Shown here piece after piece: positions 53,056-63,217 of a DNA stretch of 64,000 bases. Within the stretch, counting starts at the first letter, position 1, and each line of letters starts with the position of its first letter. The notes below the pieces were generated by a model. That model had not been told where the DNA came from. It saw nothing but the letters and a program-made list of their open reading frames with translations, and did no database searches. The translations under genes were made by a program, and so were the position numbers. The DNA is from an uncultured Bacilli bacterium (GTDB taxonomy: Bacteria; Bacillota_I; Bacilli_A; RF39; UBA660). The stretch is from positions 41,200-105,199 of the forward strand of contig CANRAF010000002.1 in the NCBI GenBank assembly GCA_947628535.1. The letters run 5' to 3'.

Positions 53056-53637
53056 TTATTTAATTGAATATTGACATCCACAGTAATTTTGACGATATAA
53101 ATTATATTTATTAGAAAGATCTATACTTCTTTTAAAACCATCTTTTTTCTTAAAATCAGAGTATAAATAAGAGATATTATATTTTTTTTCTAATTCATAA
53201 CCTATTTCATTTATTAATTTACTATTTTTATGAGGACTAATAGATAAAGTAGTTGTAAAAAAGTCAAAATCATTTTCTTTTGCATATATTGCAGATTTTT
53301 GAAGACGCATTTTTATACACTCTTTACATCTTTTTCCGCCTTCTTTTTCTTGTTCTAACCCTGCTATTTCTTTTTTAAAAAGTTCATTTTCATAATTAGT
53401 ATCAATATATTTAATATCAAGTTCCTTTAAAAGTTTAATCTCTTCATTTTTTCTTTTTATATATTCTTCTTCGGGATAAATATTAGGATTATAAAAATAA
53501 ACTGAGATATCAAAGTAAGGTAAAAGCCTTTCTAATACAGCTGTTGAACAAGGTGCACAACAACTATGTAAAAGTAGTTTTGGTCTTTCTTTTAAATCAG
53601 TTAAAAATTGCTCAAATTCAGTATAATTATTTATCAT
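53056..53637 (-). CDS. queH: epoxyqueuosine reductase QueH (DUF208)
   Basis: LLLHSCCAPCS N-terminus and C-terminal CGCQYS Cys motifs, matching the QueH pattern. Confidence 0.75.
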   Translation of the reverse strand: MINNYTEFEQFLTDLKERPKLLLHSCCAPCSTAVLERLLPYFDISVYFYNPNIYPEEEYIKRKNEEIKLLKELDIKYIDTNYENELFKKEIAGLEQEKEGGKRCKECIKMRLQKSAIYAKENDFDFFTTTLSISPHKNSKLINEIGYELEKKYNISYLYSDFKKKDGFKRSIDLSNKYNLYRQNYCGCQYSIK

Positions 53638-53692
53638 ATTATCACCTGATTTCTACATAAAATAAAGTTATCTAAAACTTTATTAAATAACT

Positions 53693-54304
53693 TTATCTTT
53701 TACGAACATATTCTTTACTTTGATATACTAATTTTTCCATTTCTTTTAAATTCAATTTTTTAACAGAATTTATACCTAAATTAGCATTACCGTCATGAAT
53801 ATCAGCAACCTTTTTTCTTATACCACGTGGTATTTGGTTAAAGGACTGTTCTGTTTTTATTATTTTATCTAATAATTCAAAATTTTCTATTAAAAGTTTG
53901 TCTTTTTCATAATCTTTAATTGCTTCTTTAGAATCCGATGTACCAAATGCCATTTGGGCTGTAATAAACAGTACAATAGCTGTAGGAATAGATATAGCAA
54001 TAGAACTATTTATACCCGCTTCATTATTAAGTTCATCCATAAAAACAAATAAGCCTATAGCTGTTCCTAATATCGAAGATGATAGTAAATTATTAGCAGA
54101 AAAATTAATTGAGCCATTATAACTATACTCATTATATTGACTAATCATCAGCTCATCTAAAAATTCAACGTTTTCCTCAGAATATGGTAAAGTTTTTATT
54201 TTTTGATTTTCTAAACTATCACCATAAGAAACCTCTATTACATCATCTTTAACATCGTATTCTCTAATAAAATTTTTATCATTTTTTACTATATATTTTC
54301 TCAT
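53693..54304 (-). CDS. hypothetical membrane protein
   Basis: 203 aa with two central TM helices. No motif recognised. Confidence 0.3.
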   Translation of the reverse strand: MRKYIVKNDKNFIREYDVKDDVIEVSYGDSLENQKIKTLPYSEENVEFLDELMISQYNEYSYNGSINFSANNLLSSSILGTAIGLFVFMDELNNEAGINSSIAISIPTAIVLFITAQMAFGTSDSKEAIKDYEKDKLLIENFELLDKIIKTEQSFNQIPRGIRKKVADIHDGNANLGINSVKKLNLKEMEKLVYQSKEYVRKR

Positions 54305-54374
54305 TGTTCCCTCCTGTTTGTGCTTTTTATATAGATTATATTGTACCTTAAATAAGAGAGATAAGCAAGAAAAA

Positions 54375-55091
54375 TTAATTTCTTGTTATTACTTTTGTTC
54401 CTTTTTCTCCATTTAGTACTTCTTTAATACTATTTATGCTTTTTGAGCTATAAATATAAAGAGGAATTTTATGCTTAGCAAGTTCTATTAAAGCTTCAGC
54501 ATCAAGTATCATAAGTGATGATAATCCTTGTTTTAAAGACATTTTAAGTAGTTCTTCATGACTTATTTCATCTATTTTTTTAGCATCTTTTATTTTAGGA
54601 TCTTTATCGTAAACACCATCAATATTTTTGGCCATTAAAATTAGATCTACATTGTATTCTATACCTTTAGAAACAGTTGTCATATCAGTAGATAAATTAG
54701 GTACTCCAAGGCCTCCTCCAAGGATAATTACGTTACCTTTTTTAAGATCATTTTCTACATCGTTTATATTAGCCTTTTTTATAATTCCAGGAACATCAAT
54801 AGCACTATAACATGATGATGGAAGACCTTTTAAATTTAAAAATGAACTAATTGCTAAGGCATTCATTACTGTTCCAAGCATTCCTATTTGATCTGATATT
54901 ACTGTATTTATTTCAAGTTTATTACGACCTCGCCAAAAGTTTCCTCCTCCTACTACAATAATAAGTTCATTTTCTTTAGTTATTTCTAGAATTTCATTAT
55001 ATATTTTTTCTAAACTTTCTTCTGAAATATTATTATCTTTTTTAAGTGCCTCACCACTTATTTTCATCATTATTCTCATATTTGCCTCCAA
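54375..55091 (-). CDS. pyrH: UMP kinase
   Basis: KISGEAL, GGGNFWRG, MLGTVMNALA and VDGVYDKDPK match the PyrH consensus blocks. Confidence 0.75.
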   Translation of the reverse strand: MEANMRIMMKISGEALKKDNNISEESLEKIYNEILEITKENELIIVVGGGNFWRGRNKLEINTVISDQIGMLGTVMNALAISSFLNLKGLPSSCYSAIDVPGIIKKANINDVENDLKKGNVIILGGGLGVPNLSTDMTTVSKGIEYNVDLILMAKNIDGVYDKDPKIKDAKKIDEISHEELLKMSLKQGLSSLMILDAEALIELAKHKIPLYIYSSKSINSIKEVLNGEKGTKVITRN

Positions 55092-55113
55092 AAAAAATTC
55101 AAGTTTCCTTGAA

Positions 55114-55656
55114 TTATTTATAATTTTCTGCTTTTACTTCCATATAACTTTGTTTATGTTTACATACAGGACATACTTCAACAGCATTAGCTCCTACATA
55201 AACATGTCCACAGTTACGGCAAATCCAAATTTTATCACCATCTTTGTGGAACACTTTATCTTCTTTAACATTTTTAAGAAGTGTTAAATATCTTTCTTCG
55301 TGTTCTTTTTCTATTTTACCTACTTCTTCAAATAAATAAGCAATTCTATCGAATCCTTCTTCTTTAGCAGTTTTTGCAAAATCTGCATACATTTCAGTCC
55401 ATTCATAGTTTTCTCCACTTGCAGCGTCTTCAAGATTAGTAGCTGTTTCTGGAACATCTCCACCATGTAATTCTTTAAACCATAGTTTAGCATGTTCCTT
55501 TTCATTATTAGCAGTTTCTTCAAAAATTGCTGCTATTTGTTCATATCCATCCTTTCTTGCTTTGCTTGCATAATATGTATATTTATTTCTTGCTTGTGAT
55601 TCGCCAGCAAAAGCAGTCATTAAATTTTCTTCTGTTTTACTTCCTTTTAATTCCAT
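55114..55656 (-). CDS. rbr: rubrerythrin
   Basis: Four-helix di-iron ferritin-like domain (E...EKEH twice) plus a C-terminal rubredoxin-like CxxC...CxxC motif (CRNCGH...CPVCKH). Confidence 0.8.
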   Translation of the reverse strand: MELKGSKTEENLMTAFAGESQARNKYTYYASKARKDGYEQIAAIFEETANNEKEHAKLWFKELHGGDVPETATNLEDAASGENYEWTEMYADFAKTAKEEGFDRIAYLFEEVGKIEKEHEERYLTLLKNVKEDKVFHKDGDKIWICRNCGHVYVGANAVEVCPVCKHKQSYMEVKAENYK

Positions 55657-55721
55657 AATTTTACCTCCTGTAATTATTGTAATACTTATTTAATAAAGTT
55701 TCAAGAAATAATGATTATTTT

Positions 55722-56315
55722 TTATTTTTTCCTTTTTTGGTCATTTATACTTTTTAAGGCTTCTAGTTCTTCTCTTACTTTATCGCTACAATCTAATAAA
55801 CCATCAATTTGTATATTTTCTAAACCTTTTGCTGTAGTTAGATTATGAAAGTCTACATTTCCTCCTATATATTCCAGGTTTTCTAAACCTTTTACTGTGG
55901 TTAGATTATGAAAGAATGCACCCCATCCTATATATTTTAGGTTCTCCAAACCTTCTGCTGTAGTTAGATTATCAAAGAATGCAATTTCTTGTACATATCT
56001 TAGGTTTTCTAAACCTTTTGCTGTAGTTAAATTTGTACAGTCTAAAAAACCCAATATTATTTCAGGTATTTTTATTTCTTTTGGAATTTCTTCATATTCT
56101 GATAAGTCTATGTTACCACTATATATTTTTAAATCCTTTTTTAAATCTTCTTTTCTTGTTCCTACTTCTTTTCTCTTTATTAAATATTTTTCATAATATC
56201 TATTTTTTAAATAAATTAATGAATTGTCTTTTTCGTCTTTATCTATTAAATATTTTTTTCCGTTATATAACTCTCTATATATTTTTAATAAAAACTTCTT
56301 TCCTTCATAGATCAT
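55722..56315 (-). CDS. cytoplasmic leucine-rich-repeat protein with four tandem ~21-aa repeats
   Basis: Repeats FxxNLTTAxGLENLxYIG. No signal peptide. Confidence 0.45.
   Translation of the reverse strand: MIYEGKKFLLKIYRELYNGKKYLIDKDEKDNSLIYLKNRYYEKYLIKRKEVGTRKEDLKKDLKIYSGNIDLSEYEEIPKEIKIPEIILGFLDCTNLTTAKGLENLRYVQEIAFFDNLTTAEGLENLKYIGWGAFFHNLTTVKGLENLEYIGGNVDFHNLTTAKGLENIQIDGLLDCSDKVREELEALKSINDQKRKK
55816..56070. repeat. 4 x ~63-bp in-frame tandem repeats inside the LRR gene
   Basis: Units start at 55816 and 55879. Consensus ttttctaaaccttttgctgtagttagattatgaaag... Confidence 0.8.
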
Positions 56316-56360
56316 ATTTTCACTTCCCGTTACAATTTTATCATATTTTTTTTTATAATA

Positions 56361-56395
56361 AAAAGACTATTTCTAGTCTTTGTTTTTATTTTTTA
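56361..56395 (-). terminator. terminator after rluB
   Basis: AAGACTA-gaaa-TAGTCTT followed by a T-rich run on the minus strand. Overlaps the rluB stop. Confidence 0.4.
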
Positions 56396-57119
56396 TACTT
56401 TTATCCAAACTATATAGTTTTTTTACTTCTTTTATTGTAAGAGGGCGATATTCTTTTGACTTTAAATTTTCCAAGGTTAAAAATGCTATTTTCTCTCTTT
56501 TTAATTTAAGTACTTTATGCCCAACTTTTTCAAACATTCTTTTTACTTGATGATTTTTTCCTTCAATAATTGTTATTTCTACAATACTTGTATCAGTTTT
56601 TTTATCGTATTTTTTTATCTTTACTTTAGCTTTTTTAGTTTTAACTCCATCAAGCATTACTCCATTTTTTAAAGCCATTAACTCATTTGGTTTAAGTGAT
56701 CCTGTTATTTTTGCAACATATGTTTTTTCAACTTTATTTTTAGAATTTGTAAGTATATTGGAAAGGGATCCATCATTTGTTAAAATGATAAGTCCGGTTG
56801 TATCGTAATCAAGTCTTCCCACAGGAAAAATTCTAAGATCTGTATCTATTAAAGAAGTAATTGTTTTTCTTCCTTTATCATCTTTTGTTGTAGATACAAT
56901 TCCACGTGGTTTATTAAGTAAAAAATAAACTTTTTCTTCGTTTTCTAGCAATATATCATTTATTTTAATTTCATCTTCATCTTCTACTTTAAAACCTAAT
57001 TCTGTTATTAATTTATCGTTTACTTTAACCTGCCCTAAAGTTATTAATTTCTCTGCTTCTCTTCTTGAACAATATCCAGAATTTGCTATTTTCTTTTGCA
57101 ATCTTTCCATATATTTCAC
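56373..57119 (-). CDS. rluB: rRNA pseudouridine synthase, RluB/RsuA family (S4 domain + catalytic domain)
   Basis: N-terminal S4 domain. Catalytic motif PVGRLDYDTTGLIILTNDG. Confidence 0.75.
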   Translation of the reverse strand: MKYMERLQKKIANSGYCSRREAEKLITLGQVKVNDKLITELGFKVEDEDEIKINDILLENEEKVYFLLNKPRGIVSTTKDDKGRKTITSLIDTDLRIFPVGRLDYDTTGLIILTNDGSLSNILTNSKNKVEKTYVAKITGSLKPNELMALKNGVMLDGVKTKKAKVKIKKYDKKTDTSIVEITIIEGKNHQVKRMFEKVGHKVLKLKREKIAFLTLENLKSKEYRPLTIKEVKKLYSLDKSIKNKNKD

Positions 57120-57148
57120 CTGGGTAAATTATAAAATATTTTTTATTT

Positions 57149-58219
57149 TTAATCAACTAGATTTTTAAAAAATAGTTTTATTTTATCTGTAAAACTTACT
57201 TTATTTTCTTTTACATAAATCTTTTCTTCATGAATTAAATCATCATTAAGATAAACTAATACTTTTCCAACATTACCACTTTTCTTTTTATTAAATACTT
57301 CTTTTTTTTCTATTTTATCTTTTTCTTCATTTGTTAAAGGATAAGAAAAAGAATTTTTAATATAAGGTTTACTATCAAATTTTTTTGATGTAGTGTATTT
57401 TTCTTTGTCTAAAACTACATAGTTTTTATAACTGTTAAAAACATCTTCATAAAAGTTTATATGACTTTCAAATCCATAACTATTTCCTATTGTTACTGCT
57501 ACTAAATCAAGATTTTGGTTGCTAGCAGATGACACTAAAATATATCCTGCACTTGGAGTATATCCTGTTTTCCCTCCTGTTGCTTTATCATACATTGAAA
57601 GAAGTTTCATACGATTGTTAAAATAATAACTTTTTTTATCACTTTTCATTTCATAGCTTTTAGTTCCTACAATCTTTCTAAAAGTAGGATTTTTATAAGC
57701 ATAACTATATAAAAGCCCAAGATCATAAACAGTAGAGGTATTTTTTTCATAATCATCAAGTCCTGTAGGATTATTAAAAGTCGTATTTTTAAGTTTTAGT
57801 ATTCTAGCTTTTTCATTCATTAATTTAACAAAATTTGAAACATTTCCTGAAGTGTGTGCTGCTAATGTCATCGCAGCATCATTACCACTTCTTAGCATCA
57901 TTCCATAAAGAAGATCTTGAACCATAATATGTTCTCCTATTTCAGAATAAATATTAGTTCCATCTATAGTTAAAATTTCTTTTCCTACTGTTGCTATATC
58001 CTCGAGATTTGTATTTTCAATGGCCACTATTGCAGTCATTATTTTAGTGGTGGATGCAGGAAGTTTTGGAATATCTTTTCCTTTTTCATAAAAAATTCTT
58101 TTACTTCCCATATCCATAACAATATAGTTATCAAAATATGTTGCTGCATTTACCTTAAATGGCACCATAAAAATAGTAAATAAAATTATAAAAAAGAAAT
58201 ATTTTTTCAAGATAATCAC
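57149..58219 (-). CDS. D-alanyl-D-alanine carboxypeptidase (S11, PBP5/DacA-like)
   Basis: Signal peptide. SxxK in ASTTKIMTA; SxN in RSGNDAA; KTG in GGKTGYT. Confidence 0.75.
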   Translation of the reverse strand: MIILKKYFFFIILFTIFMVPFKVNAATYFDNYIVMDMGSKRIFYEKGKDIPKLPASTTKIMTAIVAIENTNLEDIATVGKEILTIDGTNIYSEIGEHIMVQDLLYGMMLRSGNDAAMTLAAHTSGNVSNFVKLMNEKARILKLKNTTFNNPTGLDDYEKNTSTVYDLGLLYSYAYKNPTFRKIVGTKSYEMKSDKKSYYFNNRMKLLSMYDKATGGKTGYTPSAGYILVSSASNQNLDLVAVTIGNSYGFESHINFYEDVFNSYKNYVVLDKEKYTTSKKFDSKPYIKNSFSYPLTNEEKDKIEKKEVFNKKKSGNVGKVLVYLNDDLIHEEKIYVKENKVSFTDKIKLFFKNLVD

Positions 58220-58258
58220 CTATTTATTTATATGAAAAAAAGGAAATCAATATTTCCT

Positions 58259-60082
58259 TTAAATGTATTTTTCATAAACTCTTTTAAGTTCATTATCAAT
58301 GTTATCAATAATTATACAATCACTAAAACCATCTTCTATAAAATGTTTTTCAATAAATTTTTTATCTTTGTTAGTCGCTATTACTACAGGAATATTAAAT
58401 TTCTTTATCTTTTTAAGTTCTTCAAGTATTGTATAGGCTGAATCTGGTTTCATTTCATCTTCTAAAATGATTAAATCATATTTATCTCCTGCATTTATTT
58501 TATCAACAACATCTTTTCCTACTAAAGTTGAAACTACATCAGCATTATAACTTCCTAAAATTTTAGTCATTTTATACAATAATTCATCATCTGAAGCTAC
58601 TAAAATTCTTTTATTACTTTTTATGCTGGAAGTATAGTTTTTTGCATTATGCATTTTATCATTTGTATCATTTATTTTTTGATCTATTACAACTACTACA
58701 ATAGTACCTTTTTCTTCTTCACTTTTAATACTAATAGAGCCTCCGAGCATTTTTATGATTTTAATTACAACAGGCATTTTTAAATCTAAATTATCTGTTT
58801 TATCAAAATCTATGTTTTCTAAATCTTCATTTGAGGAAAGTAAATTATTTATTTTAGATATACTCATTCCTTTTCCAGAATCTTTAATAGTAAATACTAA
58901 TCTACAAACATCATATCTAGTAACAGTATCTACTTCAATATCGATAAATCCTTTTTCAGTATACTTTATACTGTTTGAAACAATAGATAAAATTATTTGC
59001 TTTAGTTTAATGTAATCTCCATATAATTTTTCTGGATAACTATTAAATGTTTTAAAATTAAATGATATGTCAGAATTTTTATTATTAATAGATAATTGAT
59101 TTTTAATACTTGTCTCTAAATCTACAAATAGTTTTTTAGTCATAAATGTATTATTTTGCATTTTTATTTTTTTATAATCCATAGATGAAACATTAGTAAT
59201 ATCATTAATTATAAAATAAGCATTATTTGCATCTTGCTCAATTGAATCTATTAAATTATTTTTATATTGTTCCTCTTTAGTATTTTTATATAGTTTAGCA
59301 CTATTAATTATATTTTCAATAGGTTTTTTCATTTCTTGAGAAACTTTAAATAAGAAATTTGATTTATCATTAACAGTGTTTTCTACAAGTTCTTTGTTTC
59401 TAAGAAGCATATCTATCATTTGAACATCTGGGTTTTCAATTGTATGATACATTATAAATGCTATAAATATTAAAGTAGGGTTTATTAAATAATTTAATGA
59501 TGGATTCATTACTTGTATGGAAAATATTGCCCCTCCCAAAAATAGTAATAAATAAATTGGGATAAATTTTTTATTTTTTAAATTTTTAAAGTTTGAAATT
59601 AAACAGGCTATTTGTGTTATTATTCCTACTCCACAAATTAAATAAGTATACATGATTGCATATCCACTTACTTCACTAGTAATTTCATTCATAGCTACAT
59701 TAACTGGCAAAACAATTATAAAAATAATACTTAAATATTTAATAATTTTAAAAATGGGCGCAAGTTTGTTTATTTTAGTTTTATTCTTTAATGCAACATA
59801 AACGGTATAGAACGTAAAATAATAAACCCAAAAGAATAAACTCATTAAATAACATTTATTAGATATTGAAATAAGTAATTCATTAGTATATATTATATTA
59901 CTGACTAATAGCCCCAATATTAACCCAGTTGAAGATAAAAACAAATTTGTAATTAGAAACTTTGAATATGTGATATCTTCCACTTGTTTTAAATGCTTTT
60001 TCCTAAAAAATATTATACATGTAGAAACAATTAACAAAAAAGCATATAAATTTATTAGCAAAAGTCCTTGAACATTTTGCAT
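58259..60082 (-). CDS. membrane hybrid sensor-kinase-like protein (about 7 TM + HisKA-like dimerisation region with Gln at the phospho-His position + HATPase_c + receiver-like domain)
   Basis: H-box-like FLFKVSQEMKKPIENI (compare SHELRTPL). N-box IVSNSIKYTEKG. G1 IKDSGKGM. G2 GGSISIKS. Receiver-like VASDDE ... DLIILEDEM ... VVIATNK. Confidence 0.55.
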   Translation of the reverse strand: MQNVQGLLLINLYAFLLIVSTCIIFFRKKHLKQVEDITYSKFLITNLFLSSTGLILGLLVSNIIYTNELLISISNKCYLMSLFFWVYYFTFYTVYVALKNKTKINKLAPIFKIIKYLSIIFIIVLPVNVAMNEITSEVSGYAIMYTYLICGVGIITQIACLISNFKNLKNKKFIPIYLLLFLGGAIFSIQVMNPSLNYLINPTLIFIAFIMYHTIENPDVQMIDMLLRNKELVENTVNDKSNFLFKVSQEMKKPIENIINSAKLYKNTKEEQYKNNLIDSIEQDANNAYFIINDITNVSSMDYKKIKMQNNTFMTKKLFVDLETSIKNQLSINNKNSDISFNFKTFNSYPEKLYGDYIKLKQIILSIVSNSIKYTEKGFIDIEVDTVTRYDVCRLVFTIKDSGKGMSISKINNLLSSNEDLENIDFDKTDNLDLKMPVVIKIIKMLGGSISIKSEEEKGTIVVVVIDQKINDTNDKMHNAKNYTSSIKSNKRILVASDDELLYKMTKILGSYNADVVSTLVGKDVVDKINAGDKYDLIILEDEMKPDSAYTILEELKKIKKFNIPVVIATNKDKKFIEKHFIEDGFSDCIIIDNIDNELKRVYEKYI

Positions 60083-60095
60083 AATTACCACCTCT

Positions 60096-62096
60096 TTACT
60101 CTCTATTTAATTTTAAAACTTTTTTTCTTTTTCCAGCATAAGAAATATCAATTGAGCCAACACTTAAATTAGTTTCATCGACTTTAACATTAATTTCTGT
60201 ATCATCTAATGGTTCATTTCTTAATTTATTGAAATCAACTTTACTATTTTTAGTAAGTGGCATTTTTTCTCTTACTTTAAATTTCGCTGGTATTTGTCTT
60301 GATGACATATTTGGATTTTTTATTATATATTCATAAACAATTTCATTAACCAATTCTATACAATCTACATTTTCAATAAATTCATTATTTAACGTAACGT
60401 GACATATTGGCATTATTCCTCTGTAATTTTCATCATAATAATCTACTACTCTTGCTTGTTTTACCAATGGATGATTTTCTATAACAGATTCAATTTCATG
60501 TGGTTTTATCTTATATCCATCAAAACGAGAAAATGATCTATCCTTTCTTCCTAAATGATAAAATATTCCATCTCTATCCATAGCCATTAAATCTCTTGTT
60601 CTAATATAGGATTCACCATCTAAATCATAATGTGGAACAATTATATTATCATGTAAAACACCATCTGTTACTGAATCTCCAGAAACTATAATTTCTCCTT
60701 CAAGTTTCTCTTCCCCATCTTTAAATTTTAATGGTACTAACTTATCATCAATATTTGGATCAACTATACCTAAAGTTAAACCAGGAATAGGTATACCAAT
60801 TGACCCATATTTGTTATATTCATTTTTAGCATGTGTACCACATCCTAAAAATTCACTCATTCCATAACCTTTTCTGACAATTGCACTACTACCATGGTTT
60901 TTTAACCATAGATTTAGATTTTCTTCGTCTTTTTCAGACATTGAGTCTCCGCCATATGTCATTTTTTTAATACATGATAAATCTAATTTATCTAAATATT
61001 TATAATTAGGTAATGCTGCCAACCATGCTGGTGTTGCAATGATTATATTTGGTTTATATTTTTTTATTAAATACCCAAATTCGCTAATATCAAATTCTGG
61101 CACATCTATACTTATAGCACCACTAGCTAAACTTAGCAAATAGTTATCAAATGCTCCAAAAGGGGCAAACAATGGTAATATTCTTAATACTCTATCTCCT
61201 ATATCAAAATTAACTCCTGCCATTTCCATTGAACTTAACTTGGATATTATATTTTTGTTAGTTGCTGTAATTGGTTTTGGTCTTGCACCACTTGTTCCTG
61301 ATGTATGTCCTATATAATTTATGTCCTTTAAAACATTCAAATCATTATTTAATCTTTCATATTTTATTTCATTTATTAAATCATTATATTTATATACAGG
61401 TATCATAGTTTTTTTTGTTGCGTTTTCGTAAGCTAATTCCATTTTTTTCATATTGTTAAGTTTTTCTCGTAGAGCTTTATACCATGATAGTTTTGCAGAA
61501 GTAGCATTTGCATATCTAGCATTTGCAAGTGAGTTATAATTGATTACATCTTTTAAATAATCTATTTTGCCAGTTAAATTCATAGAATCACTCGCACTTA
61601 AAGTAATAATAGATTTAACTCCTTGTTCTTTTAACTGTTTTTCTATAGGTTTTATCATACCTATATAACACATGTCTAAAGCAACAATGTAATCTGGTTT
61701 TTCAAATTTAACAATTTCTAATAATTTATTAGCATTAGCCATCATATTAGTTGAATCTGGTCTTGGATCAATGTAATCACTAATTGCTCCTAATTGAGTT
61801 GCGCCAAACCAAATTTTACTACTTTCTGGTAAATTTGGGACTAGATTTAAAATCAAATCATTGCGTTTAACTCCTATGGCAGATAATAATTTTGCACTTG
61901 TATCATCAAAAAGTATTTCATCATAAGTAAATTCTCTTCCATAATATGTTTCTGCTACTAATGATTTTCTAGATTTATTTTTTTCTCTTAAATATTGAAC
62001 CATATGATTATAATCTTTGTTTTGGAATTCCAAATCTTGATAATACTTCATCCACGGTTTATCTATATGTGGATATCCTGTTTTTTTACTTTCCAT
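60096..62096 (-). CDS. adenylate-forming enzyme (AMP-dependent synthetase/ligase superfamily), 666 aa, unknown substrate
   Basis: A3 GHTSGTSGARPKPI; A5 GYGMSEF; A7/A8 RTRDLMAMDRDGIFYHLGRKDRSFSRFDGYKIKPHEIE; A10 PLTKNSKVDF. Confidence 0.65.
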   Translation of the reverse strand: MESKKTGYPHIDKPWMKYYQDLEFQNKDYNHMVQYLREKNKSRKSLVAETYYGREFTYDEILFDDTSAKLLSAIGVKRNDLILNLVPNLPESSKIWFGATQLGAISDYIDPRPDSTNMMANANKLLEIVKFEKPDYIVALDMCYIGMIKPIEKQLKEQGVKSIITLSASDSMNLTGKIDYLKDVINYNSLANARYANATSAKLSWYKALREKLNNMKKMELAYENATKKTMIPVYKYNDLINEIKYERLNNDLNVLKDINYIGHTSGTSGARPKPITATNKNIISKLSSMEMAGVNFDIGDRVLRILPLFAPFGAFDNYLLSLASGAISIDVPEFDISEFGYLIKKYKPNIIIATPAWLAALPNYKYLDKLDLSCIKKMTYGGDSMSEKDEENLNLWLKNHGSSAIVRKGYGMSEFLGCGTHAKNEYNKYGSIGIPIPGLTLGIVDPNIDDKLVPLKFKDGEEKLEGEIIVSGDSVTDGVLHDNIIVPHYDLDGESYIRTRDLMAMDRDGIFYHLGRKDRSFSRFDGYKIKPHEIESVIENHPLVKQARVVDYYDENYRGIMPICHVTLNNEFIENVDCIELVNEIVYEYIIKNPNMSSRQIPAKFKVREKMPLTKNSKVDFNKLRNEPLDDTEINVKVDETNLSVGSIDISYAGKRKKVLKLNRE

Positions 62097-62320
62097 ACAT
62101 TTCTCCTTTTATTTTGTTTTTTTACCCTATTATTCTATTTATAAATTAATTATATCACTTAATGTGATTTTTTTAAACTTTGTGTGTCAAAAATTGACAA
62201 GTTTATGAATTATTATAAAAATTTATAAAGAAAATGCAATGATTTTTAAACAATTTGCGTTTAAAACAAAAATTATTAAAAGAAATTTATAAATGTGCTA
62301 TAATGAAAATGGTGATATTT

Positions 62321-63217
62321 ATGAATATTGTTATAAAAGTTGATAATGAAACTAAAGAAAAAATGATTGAATATTATAAAGATAAAAAAAGAGAAAAAAC
62401 TCCTCCTTATGCAATATTTCAAGCTCAGGAAGAGGATACTATTATTACTTTATACGAATCTGGAAAAGCTATGTTTCAAGGTACAAGTGCTTTTGTAGAT
62501 GCTAATATGTGGAAAGCTATTAAAGAAAATGATGAGGAAGATGATGATAGTACTGATTATATTAATACTACTTCTGTTGGTTCCGATGAAGTTGGTACAG
62601 GAGATTATTTTGGCCCAATTGTTGTTACTGCATCTTTTGTAAAGAAAGAAGATATTCCTTTTTTAAAAGAACTTGGATGTAATGATTCTAAAAAATTAAC
62701 TGATGAAAAAATAAAAAATATTGCTCCACAAATTATAAAAAAAATAAAATATAAAAGTATTATCTTATCTAATGAAGAGTACAATGAAAAATACTCTAAA
62801 GAAAATAATATGAATAAAATAAAAGCCATTATGCACAATAAAGCTTTAGGCCTTTTGTTAAATGAAATAGATGATAAATTAGATTATATTATAATTGATG
62901 AATTTGCTAAAGAAAATCGTTATTACGCTTATTTAGAGGGAGTAAATAATATAGTTAAAAATATAACTTTTATAACTAAAGCCGAAAGTAAAAATTTAGC
63001 AGTTGCATCTTCTTCAATTATAAGTAGATATATATTTTTAACCGAATTTGAAAAACTTTGTGATAAGTATAAACTTCCACTACCTAAGGGAAGTGGTTCA
63101 AATGTTGATATAATTGGTGAGGAAGCTGTTTCAAAGTATGGCAAAGATATTTTAAATAGAATTGCTAAGAAAAACTTTTCTAATACAAGTCGCATATTAA
63201 AAACAAGAATTATTTAA
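62321..63217 (+). CDS. rnhC: ribonuclease HIII
   Basis: N-terminal TBP-like domain and an RNase HII-fold with GSDEVGTGDYFGPIVV ... IIIDEF. The likely start is MNIVIKV, after a GGTGA RBS. Confidence 0.8.
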   Translation: MNIVIKVDNETKEKMIEYYKDKKREKTPPYAIFQAQEEDTIITLYESGKAMFQGTSAFVDANMWKAIKENDEEDDDSTDYINTTSVGSDEVGTGDYFGPIVVTASFVKKEDIPFLKELGCNDSKKLTDEKIKNIAPQIIKKIKYKSIILSNEEYNEKYSKENNMNKIKAIMHNKALGLLLNEIDDKLDYIIIDEFAKENRYYAYLEGVNNIVKNITFITKAESKNLAVASSSIISRYIFLTEFEKLCDKYKLPLPKGSGSNVDIIGEEAVSKYGKDILNRIAKKNFSNTSRILKTRII

